Source: a virus. Taken from it: a DNA stretch of 64,000 bases. Shown one piece after another: positions 7,288-17,680 of the stretch. The stretch lies in the IMG/VR virus record IMGVR_UViG_3300045988_117192, positions 1-64,000 of that record; one strand, 5' to 3'. The notes beneath the pieces were generated by a model that was given only the letters and a program-made list of their open reading frames with translations, did no database searches and was not told the origin of the DNA. Numbering within the stretch: position 1 is the first letter of the stretch; every line of letters begins with the position of its first letter. The position numbers and the translations under genes are program-made.

Positions 7288-9570
7288 ATGGCAAAAAGTG
7301 AAATAGGTATTGAAGAATTCATTAGAACTTATCCATTTCTTGAATATATAAATGAAGATAAATCTCATTATAAACATGCTAAAGATGAAGGTTATGATGA
7401 CCCTGATGATTTATTTCTTATAGGTGATAGTGGAGGATTTCTTCTAAATATTCAGCCAGGTGATAAATTTATTAATACTTATTTATTTACTGAAATGGCT
7501 GATTTTTATCGTAAGTATAAAAGATATACAAATTATAAAGAAGATACTATTCCTCATAGACAACTTAGAAAAAGAGAAGAATATCGTAGATTTAATGGTT
7601 TTATTGCTCCTTGTCTTTTACGTAATGGTGTAGTTCAAAATGTTCGTATTACAGGACATCATTATAATTTTCTTAATTATACTATGATGGAACAGCTTGA
7701 TACTAGTAAAGCTAAAGCCGGTAATAAAGCTAGTGTTGGTGCTAAACATTATGATTTTAGTAAATTTATAGATGCTCAATTTTGGACTTTTCATATTATA
7801 GATTTTGCTAAACGTAATGGTTTTCATCTTATAATAGATAAAACTCGTCGTGGTGGTTTTTCTTATATTATGGCTGCAAAGAGTGCTAATACTCTTAATC
7901 TTCAACCACGAAAAGTAGTAATTCATGTTGCTGCTGATAAAAAGTTTCTTACAGCTACTGGTGGTTTAACTGATTTTACTATTAATGATCTTAGATTTTA
8001 TGAAACTAAAACACCTTTTGTAAGAGGCATTCTTTCTACTGATAAAGAAAATTTTCGTTTAGGTTTTAAACTTCCTAATGGTGTTGTATCTCCTAAAGCT
8101 TGGCAATCTGCATTATTTAGTGTTTCAGCAATGAATAATCCTGATTGTGCTATCGGTAAAGATGCTATAGATGTAGATGTTGAAGAGCTTTCTACTATGG
8201 AAAACTTTGATGATTTTATGGCAGTTACTGAACCTGCAATGAGAACAGGTTCTTATGTTACAGGTAATCTTACTTGTTGGGGTACAGCTACTAGTGGTAA
8301 TATGCAAGTTTTTGAACAGAACTTTTATTCTCCAAAATCTTTTCATTTTATGCCTTTTGAAAATGTTTGGGATAAAGATTCTCGTAATGAAATTTGTGGT
8401 TATTTTAAATCTTATGCTTGGGGACTTCAAGGTCAATTAGGTGATAAGTTTGCAATGGATAAAGATGGTAATTCTGATTTAGAAACCGGTCTTCGTATTG
8501 CATATAATGAAAGAATAATCAAAAAACAAACTGCTAAGACTTTTGCTGATTATATCAATTATCTTGGTCAATATGCTTTAATGCCAGCTGAATCTTTTAG
8601 TAGTGCCACTGAAAATATATTTAGTAGTGAAGAACTTCTTGCTTGGGAAGAAAGACTTAGAACAGATAATAGTTTTAAATTTTATGTAGATGGTTGGTTA
8701 TTTGAAAATAGTGGAAAAGTTGAATTTAAAACTAATGCTCGTATAGAGGCTGAAGGTGGTGTATTTAATAAAGATTATTGGGATTGGATTGAAGGTGTTC
8801 CTCGTAAAGGACATGAACATCCTCATGGTTGTATTCGTAAATGGTTCAATCCAATGAAAGTTCCTTATCATGATAAACAAGGACAATTAATAACTGGAAC
8901 ACCACCAGGTATGTATTCTATAAGTTATGACCCTGTAGGTGTTAACAAAGAAAATAAACTTATTACTAATAAACACTCTCATAATAGTATTAATGTTTGG
9001 ATGAATCCATGTCAATATAATGGTTTTAAAACAGCATTAGTTTGTGCTTATTATGGTCGTCCTGAAAAACTAGAAGAAGCTGATAAAGTTTGTTTACTTC
9101 TTGCTAAATATTATAATTGTATTGGTACTACTGGTGTAGAAATTAATAGAGGTGAAACTGTAAGTAATTTTACAAAATGGAAGGCTCTTAAATATCTTAT
9201 GAAAGACCCTGTTCAGATTTGGGATACTACTCTTAAAGGTGCAACAGTTGGTACTTATGGTGTTAATATGGGTGATGGAGCAAAGAAACTTGAAGGACTT
9301 CGTTTACTTAAAGAAATGCTTTATACAGTTGTTGGTAAAGATGATTTAGGTAATGACGTATATTTATTTCAAACTATTTATGATTATCAAACTATTCTTG
9401 AACTTAAAAAATGGAATGCTTTAGGTAATTTTGATAGAGTTTCTCAAATGATTATTAGAGCACTTCAATGGAAACTTGAAGATATTGAAGCTGCTAAAGC
9501 CCTTGCTCATCGTAAAAAAGTTCTTGAAAATCCTGATACTCGTAATATTCTTATGAGAGATTGGTTTTAA
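7288..9570 (+). CDS. terminase large subunit, putative (760 aa)
   Basis: Large ORF two genes upstream of the putative portal, at the start of the morphogenesis block. Size and position fit crAss-like TerL. No canonical Walker A could be confirmed by eye. Confidence 0.4.
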   Translation: MAKSEIGIEEFIRTYPFLEYINEDKSHYKHAKDEGYDDPDDLFLIGDSGGFLLNIQPGDKFINTYLFTEMADFYRKYKRYTNYKEDTIPHRQLRKREEYRRFNGFIAPCLLRNGVVQNVRITGHHYNFLNYTMMEQLDTSKAKAGNKASVGAKHYDFSKFIDAQFWTFHIIDFAKRNGFHLIIDKTRRGGFSYIMAAKSANTLNLQPRKVVIHVAADKKFLTATGGLTDFTINDLRFYETKTPFVRGILSTDKENFRLGFKLPNGVVSPKAWQSALFSVSAMNNPDCAIGKDAIDVDVEELSTMENFDDFMAVTEPAMRTGSYVTGNLTCWGTATSGNMQVFEQNFYSPKSFHFMPFENVWDKDSRNEICGYFKSYAWGLQGQLGDKFAMDKDGNSDLETGLRIAYNERIIKKQTAKTFADYINYLGQYALMPAESFSSATENIFSSEELLAWEERLRTDNSFKFYVDGWLFENSGKVEFKTNARIEAEGGVFNKDYWDWIEGVPRKGHEHPHGCIRKWFNPMKVPYHDKQGQLITGTPPGMYSISYDPVGVNKENKLITNKHSHNSINVWMNPCQYNGFKTALVCAYYGRPEKLEEADKVCLLLAKYYNCIGTTGVEINRGETVSNFTKWKALKYLMKDPVQIWDTTLKGATVGTYGVNMGDGAKKLEGLRLLKEMLYTVVGKDDLGNDVYLFQTIYDYQTILELKKWNALGNFDRVSQMIIRALQWKLEDIEAAKALAHRKKVLENPDTRNILMRDWF

Positions 9571-9585
9571 TTAAAATTTAATATT

Positions 9586-10209
9586 ATGGCTGGAATTTAT
9601 GATATGTATTATGTAAATGATACAGATAATATTGATAAATCAAGAAATAATAGTTATGTAGTTCCTAATAGAACAGGTACTAGTTTACAAAAGAAACAAA
9701 AGAGTGGAAGTATTAATGATTTTGTTGCTTTTAGTTTTCCTAGAAATTATAATATAATGCGTACATTAGGTTTACCTAAACAATTAGCTTTACAAAGAGC
9801 TGTTGATATGACTATGCAACATGGTTTAGAAAGTCAATATGGCAGATCGAATGCAGCAGTTAATAAAAATAATAGAAGTGGCATGATGTCAAATGGTAAA
9901 ACTATTTATTATGCTACACCTGAATTAAACGATACAGCTATTGTTAAATCTTATAGAAATAATCCTAATTGGATGAGAGGTGTAAATAGTTCTAATAGTT
10001 ATGATTATTTTTATAATTTACAACATCCAAGAGCTAATGAACGTGCTTATGAAGGTAATATGATAAATACAAATGAATATTATAATAAAATAAGAGGTGC
10101 TAAAACATTACAAAAAACTATAGATGCTTACATAAAAGCAGGTAATACTAGGAATTGGACTATGACACCTATTAGAAGAGATTTAGATGATATGATGGTT
10201 TTAAGTTAA
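9586..10209 (+). CDS. hypothetical protein (207 aa)
   Basis: ORF between the putative TerL and portal. Start context ATTATGGC. Confidence 0.5.
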   Translation: MAGIYDMYYVNDTDNIDKSRNNSYVVPNRTGTSLQKKQKSGSINDFVAFSFPRNYNIMRTLGLPKQLALQRAVDMTMQHGLESQYGRSNAAVNKNNRSGMMSNGKTIYYATPELNDTAIVKSYRNNPNWMRGVNSSNSYDYFYNLQHPRANERAYEGNMINTNEYYNKIRGAKTLQKTIDAYIKAGNTRNWTMTPIRRDLDDMMVLS

Positions 10210-10221
10210 ACTTTTAATATT

Positions 10222-10881
10222 ATGGCTAGATATACATTAGAAGATGGTCAATATGAAGAAGATTGGTCTGATAAAATAGAACCTTGGACTGCTGGTTTGG
10301 GTTTAACTTCTGATGCAGTAGGTTTAGGCACTGCTGCTACCGGTGTTGGTGCTCCTATTGGAGGAACTATAGCTTTAATAGGTAATATACCTAATTTTAT
10401 AGTAGATGCTTATCAAATGGGTAGAGATTGGTATCGTTATTATAATGATGGTGGCGGTGATAATCTTAAAGGAGCTCTATGGAATACAGGTGAAACTGCT
10501 TTAGATATTGTAGGTGGTAAACTAGCATTTAAAGGAGCTAAAAGTGTAAATGATAAAGCTTTTGTTGAAGAACTTAATGGTAGAATAAAAGACGAAATTA
10601 AAAAGCGTCAAGGTCATAAATTTTTACTTAGAAAAAAAGGTATGACAGATGAAGAAATAGAAAGATACATATTACAAAAAGCTACAAATGCTGCTGTAAA
10701 TTCTAAAGATATAATAGATGCTAAACAACGTAGAAACGCTAGAAGTATTAAACAAGGACAAATAATAGGTAATATAATGAGTGGTATTCAAAATGGTCGT
10801 CAAGTAATAGTAGGATTACCTAATGATGCTACTAGAGTCAATAGACCTATTTATATTCCTCAACCGATTCAATTAAGATAA
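10222..10881 (+). CDS. hypothetical Gly-rich protein (219 aa)
   Basis: ORF with a Gly/Ala-rich hydrophobic N-terminal region (GLGTAATGVGAPIGGTIALIGNIPNFIV). Confidence 0.5.
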   Translation: MARYTLEDGQYEEDWSDKIEPWTAGLGLTSDAVGLGTAATGVGAPIGGTIALIGNIPNFIVDAYQMGRDWYRYYNDGGGDNLKGALWNTGETALDIVGGKLAFKGAKSVNDKAFVEELNGRIKDEIKKRQGHKFLLRKKGMTDEEIERYILQKATNAAVNSKDIIDAKQRRNARSIKQGQIIGNIMSGIQNGRQVIVGLPNDATRVNRPIYIPQPIQLR

Positions 10882-10888
10882 TATTATT

Positions 10889-13303
10889 ATGCAACCTAAT
10901 TATACATTAAAATTTCCACAACAAAAAGTTAGTGGTGCTATTAAAAGTAAAGCTGAATGGTACACTAATTGTATAGATTATGTTATTGATACAGGTCTTG
11001 TGATGAATGATAGAACAGAAGATGAAGTTAAACTTCGTATTCTTCGTGGAGATATTCCAAATAGTTTTTATAAGAAAACTCTTAATCCTTATAATGCTAC
11101 TAATGAAAAGTATCAAAGATTTCCTGCTACTATGAGAAATCTTGATATTATGTCTGATATTATTAGACGCTATGTTTCTGAATATTTTAAAGGTGTTCAT
11201 GAATTTATAGTTGGTGCTAATAATCCAGATATTGTTATTAATAAAAATGCTAAACTTAAAGAAAAGATTGGAGAACTAGCTCAACAAGCTTTTCAACAAG
11301 AATTTGAAAAAGCTTATCAACAAGCTATTCAACAAGCACAACAACAAGGTCAAGATCCTAGTACTATAAATCCTCAAGATAGTATGCCTGATCCTGAACA
11401 ATTTATTAAAGATTTTAATGAGAAATATATAGATAATGAAAGCAAACAAGGTCAAGATATGCTTGATTATATTCGTTCTATAACTCAAGATAATATAATT
11501 TATCTTTCTGCTTTCTTTAATTTTGTTTCTCTTGGTGAATGTTTTTCTTATTGTGATATTAGAGGAAGTAAAATAGTTAAAGAAAATGTTCCTGTTCTTG
11601 AAGCTTATCCTATTCCTAATGGAAGTTATTTTGTTGAAGACCATGATATGTTTGCTAGAAAAATGATGTTATCTTATCAACAAATTATGGATATGTTTGA
11701 AGATAATTTAGATGATAAAGATAAAGCTTTTCTTGAAACTTATTATAGTCAACAATCTGCTCATGGAGGAATAACTAGACTTACATATAATCAATATTTT
11801 GAAACTTATCCAGATGTTTGTGAAAAGTTTAATAAAGAAGAACGTGAACTATTTAAACGTGATCCTATAAACGTTTATGATGTTAATACTAATCTTTATG
11901 AAGTTTGGCATGTAGTTTGGAGAGGAGAAGCTAAAAGAGGTATTCTTACTTATATTAATGAATTAGGTTTAACTACAACACGAGTTGTAGACGAAGGTTA
12001 TACACTTAATAAAGAAGCTGGAGATATTAGTATAGAATGGACTTATGAACCTCAAGTTTATGAAGGTTATCGTATTGGTACTCGTTATACTGCAATATAT
12101 CCTATTAAAGCAAGACCTATAGCTTTTAATCGTGAAGGAAAATTACCTTATAATGGTATAATGGAAGTTCTTCCTATGATGGGTAAGTTTAGTATTATTA
12201 AACTTATTACTCCTTATCAAATTATGCGTAATATTTTTGCTTATCATCGTGAAATGGTAATCGCTAAAAATAAAATGCTTATTCTATTATTACCTGAAAG
12301 TCTTATAGCTTCAAATACTGAAGATAAGATTTATAAAATGGCTGCTGATGGTGTTCTTTTAGTTGATGATACTGAAGATGCTAATTCTCAAAAAATGGCT
12401 AATATTAGATTACTTAATGCTAATTTAGGTTCTTATATTACAGAACTTACTAATCTAATGGAAGCTACTAAACTTGAAGCTCGTGAAATGGTAGATATGA
12501 ATGTACAGCGTTATGGTGATATTGCTCAATCTGCTGGTGCTGCTACAACTCAAGAAGCTATTACACGTTCTTCAATGGGTATGGTTATTCTAGTTCAAAT
12601 GTTTGATGAATTTAGAAAAGCTGATTATAATAGAGATTTAGATTATTGTAAACTTGCTTATATTGATGGACTTGATACAAGTTATTGGAATGAATTAGGA
12701 CAAAAGAAATATATAAGTCTTGATGTAGATACTTTTATTAATTCTGATTATTCTACTACAGTTCGTAATGATTCTAAAGAACTTGATAAAGTTCAACAAC
12801 TTCGTCAATGGGCATTTAGTGCTGCACAAAATGGAGATCTTGATATGGCTCTTGCAGCTATAACTGGTGATAATGTTTCTCAAATTAAAGCAACTGTTCA
12901 AAAGTTTACTGAACTTAAAAGACAACATGAAGAACAAATGCAGCAAACTGAACAAATGCTTAAACAAGAAGAAATACAAAATAAACTTCGTGAGATTGAA
13001 GCTAAAGGTGAACAAGATAGACTTACTGAACAACTTAAATATCAATATGAACTTCAACTTAAATATATTGATGTTGATATGTCTTTACTTGGTCAAGAAG
13101 GAACTGATGATGGTTCTGAGAAAAGACTTGCAGCTTTAGCTGAACAAAATAAAGTTAACATTGAACAACAAAAACTTCAATTAGCTCGTGAACAAATGTA
13201 TGCTGATAGTTATTCTAAAGCTGCTGATAGACAAGTTAAAAGAGAAGATATTAAAACTAAACTTCAAATAGCTAAAACTAATAAAAATAAATACGATAAA
13301 TAA
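10889..13303 (+). CDS. portal protein, putative (804 aa)
   Basis: An ~800-aa ORF between the putative TerL and the scaffold/major capsid genes. It has a Q/E-rich coiled-coil C-terminus. It is followed at 13328-13366 by an intrinsic terminator. Size and synteny resemble crAss-like portals. Confidence 0.5.
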   Translation: MQPNYTLKFPQQKVSGAIKSKAEWYTNCIDYVIDTGLVMNDRTEDEVKLRILRGDIPNSFYKKTLNPYNATNEKYQRFPATMRNLDIMSDIIRRYVSEYFKGVHEFIVGANNPDIVINKNAKLKEKIGELAQQAFQQEFEKAYQQAIQQAQQQGQDPSTINPQDSMPDPEQFIKDFNEKYIDNESKQGQDMLDYIRSITQDNIIYLSAFFNFVSLGECFSYCDIRGSKIVKENVPVLEAYPIPNGSYFVEDHDMFARKMMLSYQQIMDMFEDNLDDKDKAFLETYYSQQSAHGGITRLTYNQYFETYPDVCEKFNKEERELFKRDPINVYDVNTNLYEVWHVVWRGEAKRGILTYINELGLTTTRVVDEGYTLNKEAGDISIEWTYEPQVYEGYRIGTRYTAIYPIKARPIAFNREGKLPYNGIMEVLPMMGKFSIIKLITPYQIMRNIFAYHREMVIAKNKMLILLLPESLIASNTEDKIYKMAADGVLLVDDTEDANSQKMANIRLLNANLGSYITELTNLMEATKLEAREMVDMNVQRYGDIAQSAGAATTQEAITRSSMGMVILVQMFDEFRKADYNRDLDYCKLAYIDGLDTSYWNELGQKKYISLDVDTFINSDYSTTVRNDSKELDKVQQLRQWAFSAAQNGDLDMALAAITGDNVSQIKATVQKFTELKRQHEEQMQQTEQMLKQEEIQNKLREIEAKGEQDRLTEQLKYQYELQLKYIDVDMSLLGQEGTDDGSEKRLAALAEQNKVNIEQQKLQLAREQMYADSYSKAADRQVKREDIKTKLQIAKTNKNKYDK

Positions 13304-13327
13304 AATAGTGCATTCTTAAACTACTCT

Positions 13328-13366
13328 ATGTCCTTATTATGATAATATTTATTGTAATAAGGACAT
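13328..13366 (+). terminator. intrinsic terminator-like hairpin (12-bp stem ATGTCCTTATTA/TAATAAGGACAT, 15-nt loop) followed by TTATTATTTT
   Basis: Perfect inverted repeat 25 bp after the portal stop, followed by a T-rich tract. Confidence 0.6.
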
Positions 13367-13379
13367 TATTATTTTATCG

Positions 13380-13402
13380 TATATTTTTATTTTAGATTTG
13401 AG
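13380..13402 (+). promoter_or_regulatory. candidate Bacteroidota-type promoter (TATATTTTTATTTTAGATTTGAG; -7-like element TAGATTTG = TAnnTTTG)
   Basis: The motif recurs almost identically at 23744-23766, with conserved downstream TTTATC/TATAG elements. It lies after a terminator and ~300 bp upstream of gene 13697. Confidence 0.45.
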
Positions 13403-13696
13403 AGCATATAAATTTAGACCTTTATAGTTTATCATTTGATAGATTAAAATTCAATAGAGAGAAAGAAAAGTGGCAAATAGACATAGTTTATAGTAAACAT
13501 TTATATACGAAAATATGATAAAACAGATTAGACTAAATAATCTAAGTAGTGTTAGCAGTAATATAGTTGATTATGTTTGTGTTTATATTAATGTTGTTAA
13601 AAATGGTCTAATTTGTTTGCCATTCGATAATAAAATTACTACTTTTGTATAACATAAACCAATAATAAGTTTAATTCTAATAATTATTTTAAAGTT

Positions 13697-15016
13697 ATGC
13701 CTCTAGCCGATATTGATTTTGAAGGTGCTGCTCAACAAACAGGTAGTTCTGGTGCTGCACAATCTACTGAAAATGGTGGCAATAATAGTGCTACCCAAGA
13801 AGACATGACCCATCTTAATGGTAATAATCAAGAAGATATTACTTCTAAAGATGGTGCAAATAACAATAATGGTCAACAAGAAGGACAATCTGATGATACT
13901 GGTAAAGATGGTAATCAGAATAATCAAGATGCCAACAACTCTTCTACGGGGGAGCTAGCTGTTGGAGATACTCTTGAGTTTGAAGGTTCTACTTATACAG
14001 TAGATAAAGATGGAAATCTTGTTGATGATAAAGGAAGTATTTTTAAACAAGCTAATGAAGTTTCTGATTGGTTGAAATCTATGGATGTAGATGATAATAA
14101 CCAAGTAAATGGTGGTCTTAATCTTGCATCTATTCAAGAAGCTCTTGGTGTTACAGTTACAGATTCTGATGGTAAGGCTGTAGAATTTACAGATGATGCA
14201 GATGGCGTTAAAGCTTATGTTAATTCTGTAATTGATTTGAAGTCTAATGAACTTCAAACTGCTGCTATTAATAAGCTTTATTCTGATAATCCTTTATTAA
14301 AGCAATTTAATGATTATGTTCAACTTACTGGTACTCCTCGTGGTTTTGGTGAAATTCCAGATAGAAGTGGTATTCAAGTTGAAAAAGATAATGAAGCTCA
14401 ACAAGTAGCTATTATTCGTATGGCTGCTCAAGAATTTGGTAATAAATCTCTTAATGAGAATTATATTAAATATTTGCGTGATAGTGGTGGTCTTTATGAT
14501 GAAGCTCGTAATCAACTTCAAGCTTTAGCTGAAAAAGATATTGCTGTTCGTAAAGAAATTGAAACTAGAGCTGCTACTCAACGACAAGAAGAAGCTGAAA
14601 ATGTAGCTAATTATTGGAAGAATGTTAGTAATGTTATTGACGGCAGAATGATTGCTGGATATAAACTTCCTGAAAGTTTTACTAAGGAAGTTAATGGTCA
14701 AAAAGTAGTTATTACACCTAATGACTTTTATAATTATCTAAGTAAAGCAAGTGAACAAGATGCTGATGGTAACAGAGTTACAGGTTATCAAAAAGATTTA
14801 AGTAATCTAAGTGATGCTGATTATTTAAATCGTGAATTACTAGATGCTTGGCTTATGTTTACAGGTGGTACTTATAAAGATTTAATTGATATGGCTGTTA
14901 AAGAAGATAAAGTTCGTCAGTTAAGAGTTAAGTCAAAAGAACAACGTACTGCAAAATCTGTTAAGATTATAAGAAAAGCAAGTAGTAAAGCTGATATTAA
15001 TGATATTATTCTTTAA
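13697..15016 (+). CDS. scaffold-like acidic/coiled-coil protein, putative (439 aa)
   Basis: Sits between portal and MCP. The N-terminal ~100 aa are low-complexity acidic (N/Q/D/G-rich) and the C-terminal half is helical. Contains one in-frame forward copy of the dispersed motif (NSSTGELAV). Confidence 0.45.
   Translation: MPLADIDFEGAAQQTGSSGAAQSTENGGNNSATQEDMTHLNGNNQEDITSKDGANNNNGQQEGQSDDTGKDGNQNNQDANNSSTGELAVGDTLEFEGSTYTVDKDGNLVDDKGSIFKQANEVSDWLKSMDVDDNNQVNGGLNLASIQEALGVTVTDSDGKAVEFTDDADGVKAYVNSVIDLKSNELQTAAINKLYSDNPLLKQFNDYVQLTGTPRGFGEIPDRSGIQVEKDNEAQQVAIIRMAAQEFGNKSLNENYIKYLRDSGGLYDEARNQLQALAEKDIAVRKEIETRAATQRQEEAENVANYWKNVSNVIDGRMIAGYKLPESFTKEVNGQKVVITPNDFYNYLSKASEQDADGNRVTGYQKDLSNLSDADYLNRELLDAWLMFTGGTYKDLIDMAVKEDKVRQLRVKSKEQRTAKSVKIIRKASSKADINDIIL
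13940..13958 (+). repeat. dispersed motif copy 4 (forward)
   Basis: Direct read. In-frame in gene 13697..15016 (SSTGEL). Confidence 0.9.
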
Positions 15017-15054
15017 TATCTTATTTTTATTGTTTAATTTTATATTAATTTATT

Positions 15055-16530
15055 ATGTACAAACTTAGAGAAGTATCTCGTGGTAATTATGATGACCGTG
15101 GTTATTCTAATGAAGAAACCATTGCACATCTAATGCTTGCTAAGCCAGAAGAAATTAATAATGTTCTGACTTATACTTATGGTATGGATGATGATCGTTT
15201 TCCTCTTACTTTTCTTACTGAAGGTCAAGGTTCTACTGGTGTTGTAGATATTGCTACTGTTCAGTGGACTTGGAAAACTATGGGTCGTATGAAGTTTAAT
15301 GATTATGTTCTTTATTTTAATTTAGCCAATACTACTCCTGGTAAAGGTGGTGCTGTTTTTGAAGTAGAATTTAAAACTCATTGGCTTATTGAACAATATG
15401 GTTTGATTGCACCTGATGGTGTTACTCAAGTTCGTATTATGAAAGATCTTGGTGAAGGTACTCATGGTGGTTATCTTTATCGTTTGAAGCTTACTAATCC
15501 AGATCCTAATGCTTATGTTGATCCTGAACATCTTAAGCAAGGTAAATATTGGTCTATGACTGCTCCTACTATTAGTGAAAGTTACAGTAAGGGTAATCGT
15601 TCTAATGTTATGGGTCCAGGTAAGATGCAAAGTCAACTTGAGTTCCACCGTTATTCTAAAGAAATTGCTGGTAATATTTCTAATGTTGTAGTTACTTATG
15701 AATTTAAGACTAAGAGTGGTGGTACTACCAATCTTTGGATTAATGAAGAAATGCGTCAACATGATATTACTTGTCGTATTATGGATGAGGAACGTCTTTG
15801 GCTTGCTGAATATAATAGGGATGTAAATGGTGAAATTAATCTTATTGATCCTGATAATGGACAGCCTATTCCTCATACTGCTGGTATGATTCAAATTTGT
15901 CGTGAATCTAATTACGACACTTATGGAGAGGTTCTTACTTTGAATAAGATTGAACGTACTATCGGTGATATTCTTGATAAGGATACTGATACTGGTTCTA
16001 TGGAAGTAGTTCTTATGGGTGGTAAAGGTTTTATGGAAGATTTCGACCAAGCTATTCGTAATGATGCTCGTTCTGAAGGTTTTGCTACTCCTCTTGGTGA
16101 TAAGATGATTGAAGATTTCAATGGAGGTCTTTCTTATGGTAAGTATTTCCGTCGTTATAAGACTGTTGATGGTCATGTAATTACTGTTCAACATCTTCCT
16201 TTCCTTGACCATGGAACTCTTGCTGAAAATGCTAAGGCTAATGGTATGATTCATCCTCGTTCTGGTCGTCCTATTACTTCACATCAAGCATTCCTTATTG
16301 ATATGTCTACTTATCAAGGTGTTCGTAATGTACGTAAGGTTCGTCAAAAGGGACAAATTTATAAGTGTGGTGTTCTAAAGGGTCTTACTGATATTCCTGC
16401 TGCTTGGGGTTCAGTTCCTACTAATTCTATTTCTACTGATGTTGATATGTCACGTTATGAAATTAAGAATAGTTATGGACTTCAAGTAAATAACGCAACT
16501 AAGATGTTGCAATTAAAGTGTGTAATTTAA
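15055..16530 (+). CDS. major capsid protein, putative (491 aa)
   Basis: A ~490-aa ORF immediately downstream of the scaffold-like gene in the head module. Size and position match crAss-like MCPs. High-coverage ORF. Confidence 0.55.
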   Translation: MYKLREVSRGNYDDRGYSNEETIAHLMLAKPEEINNVLTYTYGMDDDRFPLTFLTEGQGSTGVVDIATVQWTWKTMGRMKFNDYVLYFNLANTTPGKGGAVFEVEFKTHWLIEQYGLIAPDGVTQVRIMKDLGEGTHGGYLYRLKLTNPDPNAYVDPEHLKQGKYWSMTAPTISESYSKGNRSNVMGPGKMQSQLEFHRYSKEIAGNISNVVVTYEFKTKSGGTTNLWINEEMRQHDITCRIMDEERLWLAEYNRDVNGEINLIDPDNGQPIPHTAGMIQICRESNYDTYGEVLTLNKIERTIGDILDKDTDTGSMEVVLMGGKGFMEDFDQAIRNDARSEGFATPLGDKMIEDFNGGLSYGKYFRRYKTVDGHVITVQHLPFLDHGTLAENAKANGMIHPRSGRPITSHQAFLIDMSTYQGVRNVRKVRQKGQIYKCGVLKGLTDIPAAWGSVPTNSISTDVDMSRYEIKNSYGLQVNNATKMLQLKCVI

Positions 16531-16558
16531 AAGTATAAATCAGATAAATAATAAAACT

Positions 16559-17665
16559 ATGCCTCTTAATATTCCTACTACTAAGGATGACGCTGATAAA
16601 GTTCAAAGTCAAGTTGAAAGTAAACCTACTGCAAGTGCAGAAACGTTTGAAGAAGATTTAAATAAAGAATATGTAGATAAGCGTACAGTTACTATTAGTC
16701 TTGTTCATAATTATTCTAATTATCGTAAAGTTAATATGAAAGTTCTTGGACAACGTAAAGAGACTATTGGTAGTTCTATTACTTCTTGTCGAGTTCTTTC
16801 TTCTAATCGTGGTGAAGTAGAAGCTTACTTCCCTGCACTTATAGGTCTTTCTCCTAATAATCCTGATTTTATTACTCGTGTAAAAGGTTGGCTCAGTAAT
16901 ATTCAGTTTATTGTTAATGATAATGATAAGAGTTTAGATATTTCTTTTGTATATAATAAGAAGTCTGATTATCTTGATTTTAAAAGAAAAGAAGAAGCTA
17001 TTGACGCAGAATATGCTAAAACTGATAGAGCTAATACAGCTCAAATTAGAGAAGCTGTTAAAAAGAGAATAGATTCTCTTAATACTCTTGAAAGTAGTAA
17101 GTATAAATATGGACATCCTGTTAATCTTCAAGATTATTTGATGTATCGTCATTGTCTTCTTTATCGAGATGTAGCTAAAGATCCTGCTTTGATTAATGCT
17201 GATCCTAATCTTCGTTTTTATATTAAAGATGAAGCTAAAGAAGCTGAAAAGCAAAAACAACTTACTCAAGAACGAGTTAAAGCTATGCGTAACTTTATTG
17301 AACTTAATGCTTCAGAGCAAAAGTTTAATGCAGTATATATTGCTATGGTTGCACTTCGTAACGAGAATGTTGCTGAGGCTCTTCTTAAAGATAGGAATGA
17401 AAAGACTTCTAATCTTATGGACTTTGTAAATAAGTCACCTGATAAGTTTAATAAACTCATTGCTGATAAGAATATTGTTACTAAAGCTCTTATTGAAACT
17501 CTTATTGTTCGTGGTGAACTTATTCGTGCTGAGTACAATCAACAAATTTCATCCGCAGATGGTAATTTTATTGGGTCTAATATGAATGAAGCAGTAGCTT
17601 ATTTCAATAATCCTAATAATAAAGATATTCGTACTGCTTATGAAAATAAACTAAAAATGTTTTAA
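16559..17665 (+). CDS. virion structural protein, putative (368 aa)
   Basis: ORF directly following the MCP. Confidence 0.5.
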   Translation: MPLNIPTTKDDADKVQSQVESKPTASAETFEEDLNKEYVDKRTVTISLVHNYSNYRKVNMKVLGQRKETIGSSITSCRVLSSNRGEVEAYFPALIGLSPNNPDFITRVKGWLSNIQFIVNDNDKSLDISFVYNKKSDYLDFKRKEEAIDAEYAKTDRANTAQIREAVKKRIDSLNTLESSKYKYGHPVNLQDYLMYRHCLLYRDVAKDPALINADPNLRFYIKDEAKEAEKQKQLTQERVKAMRNFIELNASEQKFNAVYIAMVALRNENVAEALLKDRNEKTSNLMDFVNKSPDKFNKLIADKNIVTKALIETLIVRGELIRAEYNQQISSADGNFIGSNMNEAVAYFNNPNNKDIRTAYENKLKMF

Positions 17666-17680
17666 TTTAATATTAGAACT

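Noticed and set aside
7288-9570. Confident terminase Walker A/B assignment
   Set aside because: No unambiguous GxxxxGK(S/T) motif could be located by eye. The call rests on size and synteny only, so confidence is kept low.
15322-16254. A 310-aa minus-strand ORF, plus many other 60-120-aa minus-strand ORFs inside the plus-strand genes
   Set aside because: They are antisense to long, well-supported plus-strand genes (MCP, portal, giant ORFs). They have I/N/K/F-rich low-complexity composition typical of AT-rich antisense frames. There are no start contexts or intergenic spacing to support them.
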